A DNA stretch of 64,000 nucleotides from Eledone cirrhosa (Eukaryota). Position numbers and translations under genes: made by a program. Shown piece by piece: positions 38,871 to 52,397 of the stretch (the stretch's first letter is position 1; each line of letters begins with the position of its first letter). The notes under the pieces were generated by a model, which was not told the origin of the DNA, ran no database searches, and was given only the letters and a program-made list of their open reading frames with translations. The stretch is taken from positions 9,982,001-10,046,000 of the forward strand of contig OZ024753.1 in the NCBI GenBank assembly GCA_964016885.1, given 5' to 3'.

Positions 38871-41294
38871 ACAAATACTAAAGGGTTAAGGTGAAACTAG
38901 TGGAATTATATTGATGTTGAGAGACTTTAATGAAATATTTCACTACTTACCATATGAGGGGGACTCTTTTCAACAGTAATGATTTAAGAGGTTCATTGTT
39001 ACTCAAAAGTTGTTCGCAAAAGAAAATCTTCTTTGTATTTCTTCTACTTTTATACAAAAATGGGATTAAAAAAAAAAAAGAATCTTTTTCTCTCTTTAAT
39101 TAGGATTGAGAAAGGAACAAAAGTAAAAATATATATATATATATATCCAATGTCCAAAATGCTAATTGTAAGGCCAGAAAGTAGGGTTACATGCCATTTA
39201 TTTAATAATATTCTCTGTACTTATTTGATCAAAGTCATGTATTATTCATAAATCTGATTGAGACTTCAACAATGTCATGGTATGTTGGCAGCCGCTTATG
39301 AAGTGGGATGTGGAGTAAGGAGACTAAACCAGGCAACAGCGGATTATATATTTGTATGTATATACATACATAAATGAGTGTGTGTGTGTATATACGTATA
39401 TATTTGTATGTATATATATATATGAGTGTGTGTATATATGTATGTATATATATATGTTTTGCTTTTATTTTACATTCAGCATTTGTCTCTCAATAGAAAT
39501 GACTTAAATCAATTAGAAAGTAAAGGTTATTCTAACACAAACGTATCTATTTATCAACCTATTTAACTAGTCTCTATCTCATATATATATAATGTGTTTG
39601 TATATATATATATATATATATCTAGGGAGTGTAACGTGATGTTACTATAGGTTCACCCAGATCGAACCTTGAGCTGATCAATAGCGAAACGCGCGTCACC
39701 ATTCAATAAACGTAATGAGGACTTAACAAATCGTCCTTGTATTATATATACATATATATATATATATATGTCTATATATTACTTACACAGCCTATCTCTC
39801 TCCTATGGTTACCATCTAGCTATATATATCCCTCAATACTTTAAATGAAGCTTTAAGAGCAACAAGAGACATGGAATTCCTATTGTTTCAATGTTATCAA
39901 CAAGTATTGGTTCTCTCTGATACTTATCATTCATTCACAATAAATACATATACATAATTAAAGAGAGATAAGAGAGAGAGAGACTTTTTCTTTAGGCTAT
40001 AAAAGTTTGTAAAAAAAAAAAAAAACTAATTTCAAAGTTTATTCTGAGTTATAAACATTAATACTGTCTAGATGGCACTTATTTTAGAATTTAAATTAAA
40101 GAAAATTACTTTTTGATTAGATTTCATAAAATGTTGGCAGGGCGAGGTACTATTTCTTTTAAAAGACTTGGCTAAAACTGATGATGATGATGATGATGGT
40201 GGTTCCTAGAGAAAGGTAATTTATTTTATATAGCAGGAATATATTAATATATCTTAAGACTTTTCGTTCAATGTATCAAGATAGCTTTTTTCAAATTAAA
40301 CCAGCTTTATTTTAATAATATATATCCTTAAAAATCGGGATATGGCTACGTACTACTTAATTAACGTTAAAAGCCTGGTTCCAGACCTTATTAACCAAAT
40401 CTGTACGCCAAATGTTCTTAAGAAAGCAGCTTCCTTATTCCTCGTTCTTTAAATTCACTCCCATCTGTCAGACCACATACATAAATCTGTTATATCGTCT
40501 TGACACATATACAAACAAGTACGCCTGTTTCTCTAAAGAGGTGGGTGTGGGTTGGGAAATATACTGGAATCAATACAATTTTGTACGATTCTTTATATAT
40601 TACTAAACCTTTTATTTTTATTTAAACAAATACAGTAATTTTAAAACTAGAATCTATTTAAAAGTTAACACTTATTAAAGAAATTTTTTTTTCATACATC
40701 ATTAGTAATTTTATCTAGCACCACCACTCCTTTAACTTAGAAAAATAACAATAACTTTCATCTGTTATCTAAAATCATTTGTTTTTGTGGTGATCGATAT
40801 ATTTAGTAGCTAAATTTATAATATTTTCAGAAGATTAAGAAAATATAAAATGAAAGCAAATATATATATATATATATATATATGAACCGATTCGGCAATT
40901 AAAAAAAAAGAGTCCTAATAATTTGTGTGTATGAATTACTTAATAAAAAAACCACTGCATTTCTAAAGATTAATTTAGCAGGGAATTACGAGCATAAATG
41001 CATTCATAACACACTTGATTGATCAGGTTACAAAATAATTGTCGTATTTAGAGAGAAAGTTAATGTTTTAGGGACAAAGTTAAGATTGAAAACTATTTTA
41101 AGTTAGTAGTAAAAAAAAACTAAAAAAAAACAAAAAATAGAAATAAAATGAAATAGCTACATTTTCGCTTCTATTTAATATGTAAAAAAATAAATATTTA
41201 AATAATAAATAAATAAATATAGTTCACGAACAACTTAGAGTAACAATAAAAAGACTTATATTCATTCTTGGTAACATGCTGCATGCGAAAATAA

Positions 41295-41674
41295 AGTGTT
41301 AGCCGCCATTTTTTTCTCACGCTGTTACATTCACTGCGGAGATGAACTTATGAGAAGTAGTACAAAAATTGAATAGGAAAATTTTTCAATTAGAAATATC
41401 GATTAATAAAAATTAACATCATAAAATAAATATATTCAGAAAAATATAAATGGTATAATGAAATAATTAAACAAAATAAATTTAATGAATATAGAGAATT
41501 ATTATATATTTAATTATTAGGATTACTTAATATGAAGTATTACTGTTGAGCTCGTGACCTTTGATTTAGTGCAGAGCTATTATCACCTTTGACGTCAGTT
41601 ATGGTGTTAGACTTCAGCTACAATCCTTTTTCATCACCACGGATATGTTGTCAATCGCCTCAATAAGCTGATAA
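41295..41674. promoter_or_regulatory. Probable (possibly bidirectional) promoter
   Basis: YY1-type GCCGCCATTTT at 41302-41312 and perfect CRE TGACGTCA at 41590-41597. Lies in a repeat-poor region followed by an ATG exon with a donor site. Confidence 0.45.
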
Positions 41675-41758
41675 ATGGTTATGACTAGCAAAAAAAAGAA
41701 ACGAGCTCCCAGCAATGCGAACTGGAGTCGGAAAAATATCGCTAAAGATAACGATAAG
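41675..41758 (+). CDS. Candidate first coding exon (MVMTSKKKKRAPSNANWSRKNIAKDNDK)
   Basis: AAATGG start context, donor AAG|gtaatt, basic NLS-like KKKKR. No homology recognised; could be a uORF. Confidence 0.35.
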
Positions 41759-42273
41759 GTAATTTATTTTACTGAATATAACCATGCAATATATCTTTCG
41801 ACGTATGCACGACCATATATACACAAACATACACACATATGTGTATATATATGTGTGTATATATATATATATATATGGTTTGTTATAATACTGTTGCTGT
41901 TTACGAATTCAAAGACGTTTTAATAAGATAGGGGAAATATTCGTTATTATATTTTCACGATTATATATATATATATGTAGGTGTATGTGTGTATTTTCTA
42001 TAGCTTTATTGTAATAGAAATCGATCGATCCTCACCATTTGTCTCTTCTGCTGTTGATTTACTCATAATCGAACGTCGGCTTAGCTTACTCATACACATC
42101 AACCCTTTGATGTGAATTCTCTCTTTTTTTTTAATCAATCAACCAACCAACCAACCAATTATTTTTATTTATTTATACAGTAAAGAAAGACTTTGTTTAT
42201 AATATCCTTCATATATATATTTATATATAAACTAGATCTGTATTTTCATTGATATATCGGCACACACACACAC

Positions 42274-42305
<32 letters not shown>

Positions 42306-43986
42306 ATAAAATATGTAGTAATATAAAATCCGGGAGATCGGCTAAGCATCTGATATATATATATATATATATATCCCATCCTCTCTCTATATATACTTAT
42401 ATATATATTTATGCCAACACACACACACATTTATATATATATATATATATTTATTTATAAAACTGTCTATATATATATATATATATATATATCCCATCCT
42501 CTCTCTCTATATACTTAGATATATTTATGCCAACACACACACATATATATATATATATATATTTATTAAAATAACAGATTAAAGTTTAAGCAACGATTCT
42601 TTGCTTAAACTTTAATCTGTTATTTTAATAAATATTTGCTCTACGGTTCTTATATATTTTATATATATTTATTTATCCTCATCGAGCCCTCTTTGGATTT
42701 TAGTCTTCAAATTTATTATTACTATATATATATCGCTCTGTCTATATATATATACATATATATATATATTTATACCAACACACACACACATATACATATA
42801 TATATATTTACACTCGTATATATATCTATATAATATATATAGTGAGAGAAAGTGGGGTGGGGGGGTGCGACTGTGACGTATAGTTTCACCTTCCCGGATT
42901 TATTCAGATTGTTTAAATAAACATCGAAAGGATATATATAACAGAGCTAAATAAAATAAAATTTGATTCAAGAAGCTCTTATACAGACATCCCTTTCAAT
43001 ATTTAATCCATCCTGTTGATAGTTGATTTTCTCTCTTTGGATGAATAATTTCTTATTTTATTTTTCCGGGAAATAAAATAAAAAAAATAACGGTTTAAAT
43101 AATTCTAATTCCACTAAGTTTAATATTAAATAGAATAATATTTAATATATGTCTCAGGGTTTGTTTTATTTTTATTATTTGTTAGATCCCGTTAACTTTG
43201 CCTTTCATCCCTACGGGGTCGATAAAATAAAGTACCAGTAATACCCTGTTATAAATTTTTTTTTGGGGGGGGGGGCTTGTGCCAAAAGTAGAAGCAATTA
43301 TTTGTTAGATTTCAGGCCTTGTGCCTATATAAGAAACCATTATTTGTTAGATTTAATTTATGTTTTCGTTTAGAAGGAAATGATTGCGGTAGGAAGACTG
43401 GAGGGTATTTTTGTTTTCTTACAAGTCGGGGTATAAATATATTGAATGGCTATTGTATTGTGTCATTAACTATTAATATAACCTAGGAATATGGGGCAGT
43501 ACAGAGTTATCGTTCTTGACACTTCTTTTCTTCTCTGTGTGTTTATATGTATATGGCTATTAGCTGTCTCCGATTATGTATTTATATATATATAACCTGT
43601 TAGTTCTATCGTTACTTTGGTATATTATTGTGTGTTAGATTTTGCCTACCACAATGTTCGATTTGTCAAGCTATTTAAACGTATGTTATTACTCTAAGGA
43701 CCTTACGGGGTCTAGAAAATAAAGCACCAGTAATGTACTGTGTAATTGCTGGCCTTGTGCCAAATGTTGAAACGGTTATTACTCTAAGGACCTAACTTAT
43801 CGAGTGCTTTGCTAACTCATCATTTCATATAAGTAGGCCGAATTTGCTTGCAAACCGCCAGAGATTCGATTTTACTAAATTTCCAATTATATATATATAT
43901 ATATATATATAAATGAGAGGTATAGAGATTGTTTTAGCAAGAAGCTAACGGTATTCTATAACATATATGCGACTATAACGTCAATC

Positions 43987-44018
<32 letters not shown>

Positions 44019-45026
44019 TTATATGTATATATGTATATATGTGTGTGTGTTTATATGTATATATGTGTGTGTGTGTTTATATGTATATATATATGTGTGT
44101 GTGTGTTTATATGTATATATATATGTGTGTGTGTGTGTTTATATGTATATATATATGTGTGTGTGTTTTATATGTATATATATGTGATTATATATATATA
44201 TAAACACACATATATACATATAAACACACACACACATATATACATATATATATATATAAACATACACACATATATATATACATATAAACACACATATATA
44301 TATATACATGATGATGATGATCCATTTAAACACACATATATATATATACATATAAACACATATATATATGTGTTTATGTGTGTGTGTGTTTATATATGTG
44401 TGTGTGTGTGTGTGTTTATATGTGTGTGTGTGTGTTTATATATATGTGTGTGTGTGTGTGTGTGTTTATATATGTGTGTGTGTGTTTATATATATATATG
44501 TGTGTGTGTGTTTATATATATGTGTGTGTGTTTATATATATGTGTGTGTGTTTATATATATATGTGTGTTTATATATGTGTGTGTTTATATGTATATATG
44601 TGTGTGTGTTTATATATATATGTACATGTGTGTGTGTGCATAATAAATATATACACCATATATATATAATTGTTTTTACATGTGTGTGTATATAATTACT
44701 ACCTCTACATATATATATATATATATATATAAGAATGTACGTACATATATGTGTGTGTATAATAAATATATACACCCATATATAAGTATATATAAATTTG
44801 CGTGTGAATATATGTACAGTCTCTCTCTCTCTCTTTATATATATATATATATACATAACTGTATCTGAATATATATATATATATTCAGATACAGTTATAC
44901 AAACTTCTCTGTATTTCAAAGATGACATATTCATGAACACGTTTTATATTCCCACGTATTTTTCCCATGCCAATATAAATATATAAAACACCTTATAGCA
45001 TCTATTTACGTGTGTGTGTGTGTGTG

Positions 45027-45080
<54 letters not shown>

Positions 45081-45218
45081 CAAAGATTAATATGGTTCAT
45101 TGATTACTCAATGAATATAGTTTTACAATAGATTAAAAGCACTCTATAGCGAAGTTTTCTGGAGTTATTAATATTATTCAAAATATTAAATGAATACGTT
45201 CAAATAATCCAAATATAT

Positions 45219-45282
45219 GTTTTATTATATATATTTCGAAGGTACTGTGCTGTTTTTTCAGTACGTCCTCATCAGATAAAAT
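45219..45282 (-). ncRNA. Minimal type I hammerhead ribozyme, with inverted 3'-half copy at ~45340-45370
   Basis: TTTTAT-CTGATGA-GGACGTACTG...CAGTACCTTC-GAAA-TATATA-TA-ATAAAA. Confidence 0.8.
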
Positions 45283-46499
45283 ATATGAATTGATGCATGA
45301 CATACCTCAACGGTCTTGATTGTTCAATCCCAGTATTGGCAGTACCTCCGAAATATATATAATAAAACATGTATTTTGATTATGTCAACGTATTCATTTA
45401 TTAATATTTTGATTATGTCAACGTATTCATTTATTAATATTTTGAATAATATATATATGCAAGTATAGAAAAACGGGCGTAAAATGATTATATATATATA
45501 TATATATATATAGTAATAATAATATATACACCCATATATATATGTGTCTCCCTCCTCTCTCTCTCTATACGTATATATAAAGTGGAAGGGATATTTAATT
45601 TGTTGGAAATTCAACAAATATAAATGTTTATAACTGGTTCAGAGCACTCGACAGATTTTCTGGTGTAAATATACAATGATATTAAATAAATGGAAACTAT
45701 ATTCATTTATAAAACCATATTTATTCTATTATATATACCCTTGAAATATATATAATAGAATAAATATAGTTTCCATTTATTTAATATCATTGCATATATA
45801 TATATATATATATATTTATATATTCTTATATTCTTTAATGTGGGAGACATTTTTTTCTTATTTAGCAAAGCTAATTGTTCAAACGAGTCCCTTATAACCA
45901 TTATTATATTCATTTGCCTTTCATCCTTACACGGGTTTCGATAAAATAAAGTACCAGTAATGTACTGGGTAATTTTTGGCTTTGTGCCAAATATAGAAAC
46001 AATTATTATATTCAGTATTACATCACTGGAATATTTCGTAATGTTTTGTAACTGTCTCCATAAATAATCTTCACAAAAAAAAAAAAAACCGTTTTTTTTT
46101 TTAGTTCTTCCTCTTTATTCTATCCTCTCCCCAAGCGCCCCGCCCTCCTCTATCTTTAATTCATCGCCGCCAAAATTTCCATTCCACACACATCTTGCAA
46201 TGTTTGCAAACAAGAGTTAAAGTAAACACATAATTGAATATATTTTAAGATATTTCTTTGCATGCTCTCTCTTCTCTTTTCTCTTTGCTCTCTCTTCCTC
46301 TCTCTTCGCTCTTTTTTCTCTCTTTCTTTCGTTCTTTCTCCTCTCCTCTTTCTCTCTCTCCTTCTTTCTATCTCTCTCTCTTTCTCTCTCTCTTCTCTTT
46401 TCTCTCTCTCTCTTCTCTTTGCTCTTTCTCCTCTTCTTTTTTTCTTTCTCCTCTCCTATTTCTCTTTCTCCTTCTTTCTCGCTCTCTTTTCTATCTCTT

Positions 46500-46547
<48 letters not shown>

Positions 46548-46788
46548 CCTCACCATTCCACCACCACCCTCTTCGTCGTGTCTCATGTAACCGTTCCTTT
46601 AGAAATGATACCCAATACCCCGGTTGACGACCGTGCTGATGTTGGGCTACGATTACCAAACTGAAAGTGTTTTTCAGTCAAGATATTTATCACCCTACTA
46701 TATAAACATCCAGAAATCTGCTTATGAATTCTTCCACTTCCTCCTCAAAGTCGTTACCATTCCATTTTTTAATTTTCTCCCATCCTCG

Positions 46789-46837
<49 letters not shown>

Positions 46838-46840
46838 TAT

Positions 46841-47029
<189 letters not shown>

Positions 47030-47040
47030 TATACACACAC

Positions 47041-47090
<50 letters not shown>

Positions 47091-47266
47091 ATACATATAA
47101 ATGGAAAAAATGAAATGAAATTTCGTTTCTCACTCTTAGTACGGCTGATACTTAAATATAAGTATACATATACATACATACATATATATATGTGCATGTA
47201 TGTATGTATGTATGTATGTACATACTTCTGTACGTCTGTATACATATATGTACGTATACATACTTA

Positions 47267-47299
<33 letters not shown>

Positions 47300-47547
47300 G
47301 TATCTTCTTCTTTGCCTTCTTCTTCTTTTTCTTCTTCTTCTTCTTTGCCTTCTTCTTCTTCTTTGCCTTCTTCTTCTTCTTTGCCTTCTTCTTCTTCTTT
47401 GCCTTCTTCTTCTTTGCCTTATTTGCCTTCTTCTTCTTCTTCTTCTTCTTTGCCTTCTTCTTATGCTTGGAATCTCTAAAGTCTTCCATTCTATTTTCGT
47501 ATATATATTTTATATTTACCGTTTTTGTAAGAAAAGGAAGAACATTG

Positions 47548-47602
<55 letters not shown>

Positions 47603-47762
47603 GAGAGAGAGTTTGCAGTACTAAGAGTTGGGAGACCACAAATCATGGGAGTACTCAATGCATGTGAAGATGAATGTATGTGTATATATATATATATATA
47701 CACACACACACATATGTATATAATTCTCCCTCCCTCCCTCCCTTTATAATTTCTGCAAATAG

Positions 47763-47851
47763 TTGTTGCTGGTTGCCTGAGTCTGCTCAGCTGAAAGTAT
47801 GTAGTATCGTTTAAATATTGAACAGTGTTAAAAGCAACGTCCAGCTGCTGC
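47763..47851 (+). other. Candidate exon (stops in all frames; non-coding/UTR)
   Basis: Acceptor tttctgcaaatag| and donor GC|gtaagt around a unique sequence island between microsatellites. Confidence 0.3.
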
Positions 47852-47905
47852 GTAAGTGTGTGTGTGTGTATATACTTGCATGTATAAACATATGCATATA
47901 CGTCA

Positions 47906-47937
<32 letters not shown>

Positions 47938-48451
47938 ATACTTCGGGAGGGTCATGTTTGTGTTTCTTATTGGCAACATGACCCTCCCAAAGTATAACAA
48001 TATCGGTTTCAACACACGATTTCAGATAAAGAATCTTGCTAAACAAATTCAGAAACGAAATATATATATATATATTTATACATATATATACACGCACATA
48101 TATATATATATTTAGTAAGCTAGTGAACATATTGTGTGTTTGGTCTCGTATCCAAGTTCAAATCTCGACTGTAGAGACATTGCCCCGAATAAAAAAATCA
48201 AAAAAAAAATCAACCGAATGGTTGTAAATGCAAACACATTGCATCATAAATCTGCTTGATCAAAGTTGATCTGTGTCTAAATAATGGCATAGATACTGTT
48301 GCGATGATGATGATTGAGATTTGATAATACCAAGCTTTAGAAAAAAGACTTGAAAATCAATTATGAAAACTAGGTGAACAAGTGTTTCAACAGAGTAACT
48401 AAAAAATAAGCAATGCGTTGGTTTATTTTAATCATTATTAGGTTTTTGTTT

Positions 48452-48648
48452 AGGGCGGTGAATTGGCAGTATCGGTAGAGAGTTGGATTATGCTTTCCAG
48501 CATAGTTACGTCCCTTTACGATCTGAGTTCAATTCCCGTCGAAGTTAACTTTGCCTTTCATCCTTACGGGGTCGATAAAATAAAGTACCAGTAATGTACT
48601 GGGATAAGTGCTGGCTGGCCTTGTGCCAAAAAGTAGAAACAATTATTA
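48452..48648 (+). mobile_element. tRNA-derived SINE family 1, full copy
   Basis: Same head, body and tail as 10986-11176. Confidence 0.85.
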
Positions 48649-49387
48649 TGTTTTTGTTTGTTTTTGATTGCAGAGGTAGTTCTAGTTGTTGTTTAACTCT
48701 AAGTCGGTTATTATCTAAGGTGACTAAAAGGGTAATGGGTAAAGACTCTCCCCTTGGTCACGAATGACCAAGGGATTTGCACCAAGAAAGTTCCTCTCCG
48801 AGGCACAAGTCCAGTCAAGGATGTTTGTGGAAGACGAGCAGTCGCCCATGCATACCAGCCTCCCCTCTCCATGCCACTGATGTTGACCAAGGGAAACACA
48901 ATGGCGGATACAGCTTGGCAACAGTGACTAAAAGGGTAAAGGGTAAAGACCTCTTTTGGTCATGGATGACCATGGAATTTGTACCTAGAAAGCTCCTCTT
49001 CAAGGCACAAGTCCGGGCAAGGTTGTTTGTGGAAGACAAGTTAGATTAGGTGACTGTGTCTTGCTCATACAGAACTGTTTCTGGCTTGGGTTTTACAGCT
49101 GGATGCCCTTCCTAACACCAACCTTATTTACAGCGTGGACTGGGTGCTTATTATCGTAGCATCAAAACGTCTGACAAGTTGGACTGAATACTTTTTCATC
49201 ATGTCACCAGCATGACCACCTTACAGGGTGGACCAGGTGAAGGAAAATGGACGTTAGATGATGAAAAACACATACATATATAGATGTGTGTGTTTTGTTT
49301 TACAGCATCAATATGGTGGTTTCTACATTACCTCACATTTTAATAAACAATCTCTTCAATAAACCCCGAAAGGTACCAGATAATGTT

Positions 49388-49672
49388 ATCATCATCATTT
49401 TACATCCGCTTTTCCCTGCTTGCAAGAGTGGGGCAGGTCCTCTTAAACACAGCATCTCTCCACTTGCCACGGCCCTTTGTCATCTCCTCTGTGAGCTTCA
49501 ACGATCTGAGGTCAGCTCTCACCATCTCTGCCCATGTCTTCCGTGGTCTTTGTCTACTGCATCTTCCTTCCACCTGGATTACTTGGTACTTCTTCACCCA
49601 GCGGTCATCATCCATGCACATCACATGGTCATACCAACGTAGTCTTCTCTCCTGCACACTACAGTTTATTCC
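49388..49672 (-). mobile_element. RTE 3' fragment
   Basis: RRLRWYDHVMCM...PTLASREKR plus (TGA)n. Confidence 0.85.
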
Positions 49673-49838
49673 TCTTATATGCTGTTAATATGCAGTTCCA
49701 GCCATTTGTTAACCATATTTCTTATGAAAAACACCGTCTATGATTTTCAAAGGATTTTGGAAATTAATCAAGAATTATGAAGGATTTAGTAATATAATTA
49801 ACCTCCTTGTTATAAAATTGATATACATTTTGTCTTAA

Positions 49839-50046
49839 CACTTTAGCATTTATATCGGCCATATCCGACCAGAATTCTCTCGCCTCTTTTTGTTCAAACC
49901 AACTGTAACCGGGTGTTCATGTTTATGTTAAGTTATTGTTCTCAAACTAAATAATGTCAAAATCTCATAGATTCAATATTATGTGAGGTAAAGCATTTAC
50001 CATGAAAATGCAATAGTATCTACAGAGTAATACAAATGCTAAAGGG
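49839..50046. mobile_element. piggyBac-type MITE
   Basis: TTAA flanks; TIR variant CACTTTAGCATTTA / AAATGCTAAAGGG. Confidence 0.8.
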
Positions 50047-51039
50047 TTAAAACAAGAAGGAGACATTGGATAATGTAGTCCTAGATAGACATAGTGTCTG
50101 AAAATAGGACGGATACATTAGACAATGTAGTCCCAGGTGGACATAGTGTCGGAAAACAGGAAGGATGTGTTAGACAATGTAGTCCTAGATAGTCATAGTC
50201 TTAAAACTGGAAGGATACATAGGATAATGTAGTCCTAGATAGATTTAGTGTCATAAAACAGGAAGGATACATTAGACAATGTATTCCTAGATATCCCCCT
50301 TTGCTCCTAAAAAAGATTGGGCAGACAAAGTTGAAATATTTTTGATCATATATTTACTAAATCCAGATTGACCTGAATCAACCAACAACCTGTCATAGAT
50401 AGATAGGTTGAAAATAAATTATCTGAACTAGTGATGTCAACAACAATATAATTGTTGTAGCTATTGTATGGCGACTTAGTTGTATATCTACAAGAGTAAA
50501 TCTCTGTTTTGTGGTAATTTAGCCGTATGTCTACAATTGTTATAGTTATAGCTATTAGAAGAAAAACCATTGTACATACGGGTGGTTTTTCTGCCAGCAT
50601 GTGTAGTGTGCATATTGATATTATACGCAAATATATATACGTGTAGATATGATACGTCAAATAAAATCGTAATTGACAATATACACAGAAATTGAAGAGA
50701 GACTGTGTTACACTGTCTTCTGTAATCAGTAAAGTAATCCATGATACATTTTAAAAACACGATATTATATATAAACTGCATTACAGTGAAATGTTGTGAA
50801 AACAAAAAGGAGAAAATTAGCGACAGAAATATAAACGTTATGATATAACGATGCAAATATATGAACATTTATATGTGATATGATATAGCATCCGTTATAT
50901 CATACGGGAAGTATTGACATTTGAAAATTTTAAAAGAAGTGAATCTTAAAATAAGCAATCATTATATATAAGAATATTTATATTTAATCAACAGCTACGA
51001 AATTTAGTACATAAATTATGTAATATTCATTCATTATTT

Positions 51040-52350
51040 ATTGGCAGTATCTGAGTTCAAATCCCGCTTAGGTTAACTTTGCCTTTTATCCTTACGGGGT
51101 CGATAAAATAAAGTACCAGTAATGTACTGGGTAATTGCTGGCCTTGTGCCAAAAAGTAGAAACAATTATTTATTGGCAGTATCGGTAGAGGGTCGGACGC
51201 CATGCTTTGACGCATAGAGTTACGGCCCTTGCCATTCTGAGTTCAAATCCCGCCGAGGTTAACTTTGCCTTTCATCCTTATGGGGTCGATAAAATAAAGT
51301 ACCAGTAATGCACTGGGAATTTACTGGTCTTGTGCCAAAAGTAGAAACAATTATTTATTCGAAGTAATCCAACTTATTTTACTAATGGGATAAAAAAATA
51401 TATCTAGGACACGGTCCCGCACTCCTTACTTTATTATATTATGATAGTGTGGATTGGCAGTATCGGTAGGGGGTCGGACGCCATGCTTTGACGCATAGAG
51501 TTACGGCCCTTGCTATTCTGAGTTCAAATCCCGCCGAGGTTAACTTTGCCTTTCATCCTTATGGGGTTGATAAAATAAAGTACCAGTAATGCACAGGGAT
51601 AATTGCTGGCCTTGTGCCAAATGTAGAAACAATTATGATAGTGCATCTAGTTTAAAATGCCATCTTTAACCCTTTAGCATTCACATTTTTACTAATGGGA
51701 TAAAAATAATATATTCAGGACACAGTCCCACACTCCTCCCTTTATTATGTTATGATTGTGTGGTAACTTAGCTGTATGTCTACTCCAGTAGATCTCTTGG
51801 GTCTACACAAGTTGCTGCTTCGATGTTAAAAGCATGGATTAAGGCAAAAGTTGAACCAAGAGCTATTTATCTAATTGAAAACTGTTAGCAGAAAAATAAA
51901 ATAACTATTGATATCGATAATAATAATTGTTTCTACTTTTGGCACAAGGCCAGCCATTACTCAGTGCATTACTGGTACTTTATTTTATCGACCCCGTAAG
52001 GATGAAAGGCAAAGTTAACCCCGGCGGGATTTGAACTCAGATCGTAAAGGGCCGTAACTCTATGGTGCAAAGCATGGCGTCCGACCCTCAATAATAATAA
52101 TTGTTTCTACTTTTGGCGCAATAATAATAATAATAATGGTTTCTTATATAGGCACAAGGCCAACAATTTCGGGGGGAGGGGAAAGTCAATTAAATCGACC
52201 CCAGTGTATTACTGGTGCTTTATTTATCCACACCGTAAGGATAAAAGGCAAAGCTAACTTCGGTGGGATTTTAATGCAGAACGTAAAGGGCCGCAACTCT
52301 GCCGTGAGGCATTTTGGCCGACACTTTACCGATGCTGCCAATCCACCACC
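51040..52350. mobile_element. Dense cluster of SINE family 1 copies (three on +, then two on -)
   Basis: Repeated B box and body. Confidence 0.85.
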
Positions 52351-52397
52351 CTTTTAATAATAGTAACGATTTCAAGGTATAGGCACAAGGCCAATGG

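Noticed and set aside
47274-47667. Lys-rich, Phe-rich and Ser-rich ORFs
   Set aside because: (CTT)n-derived repeat.
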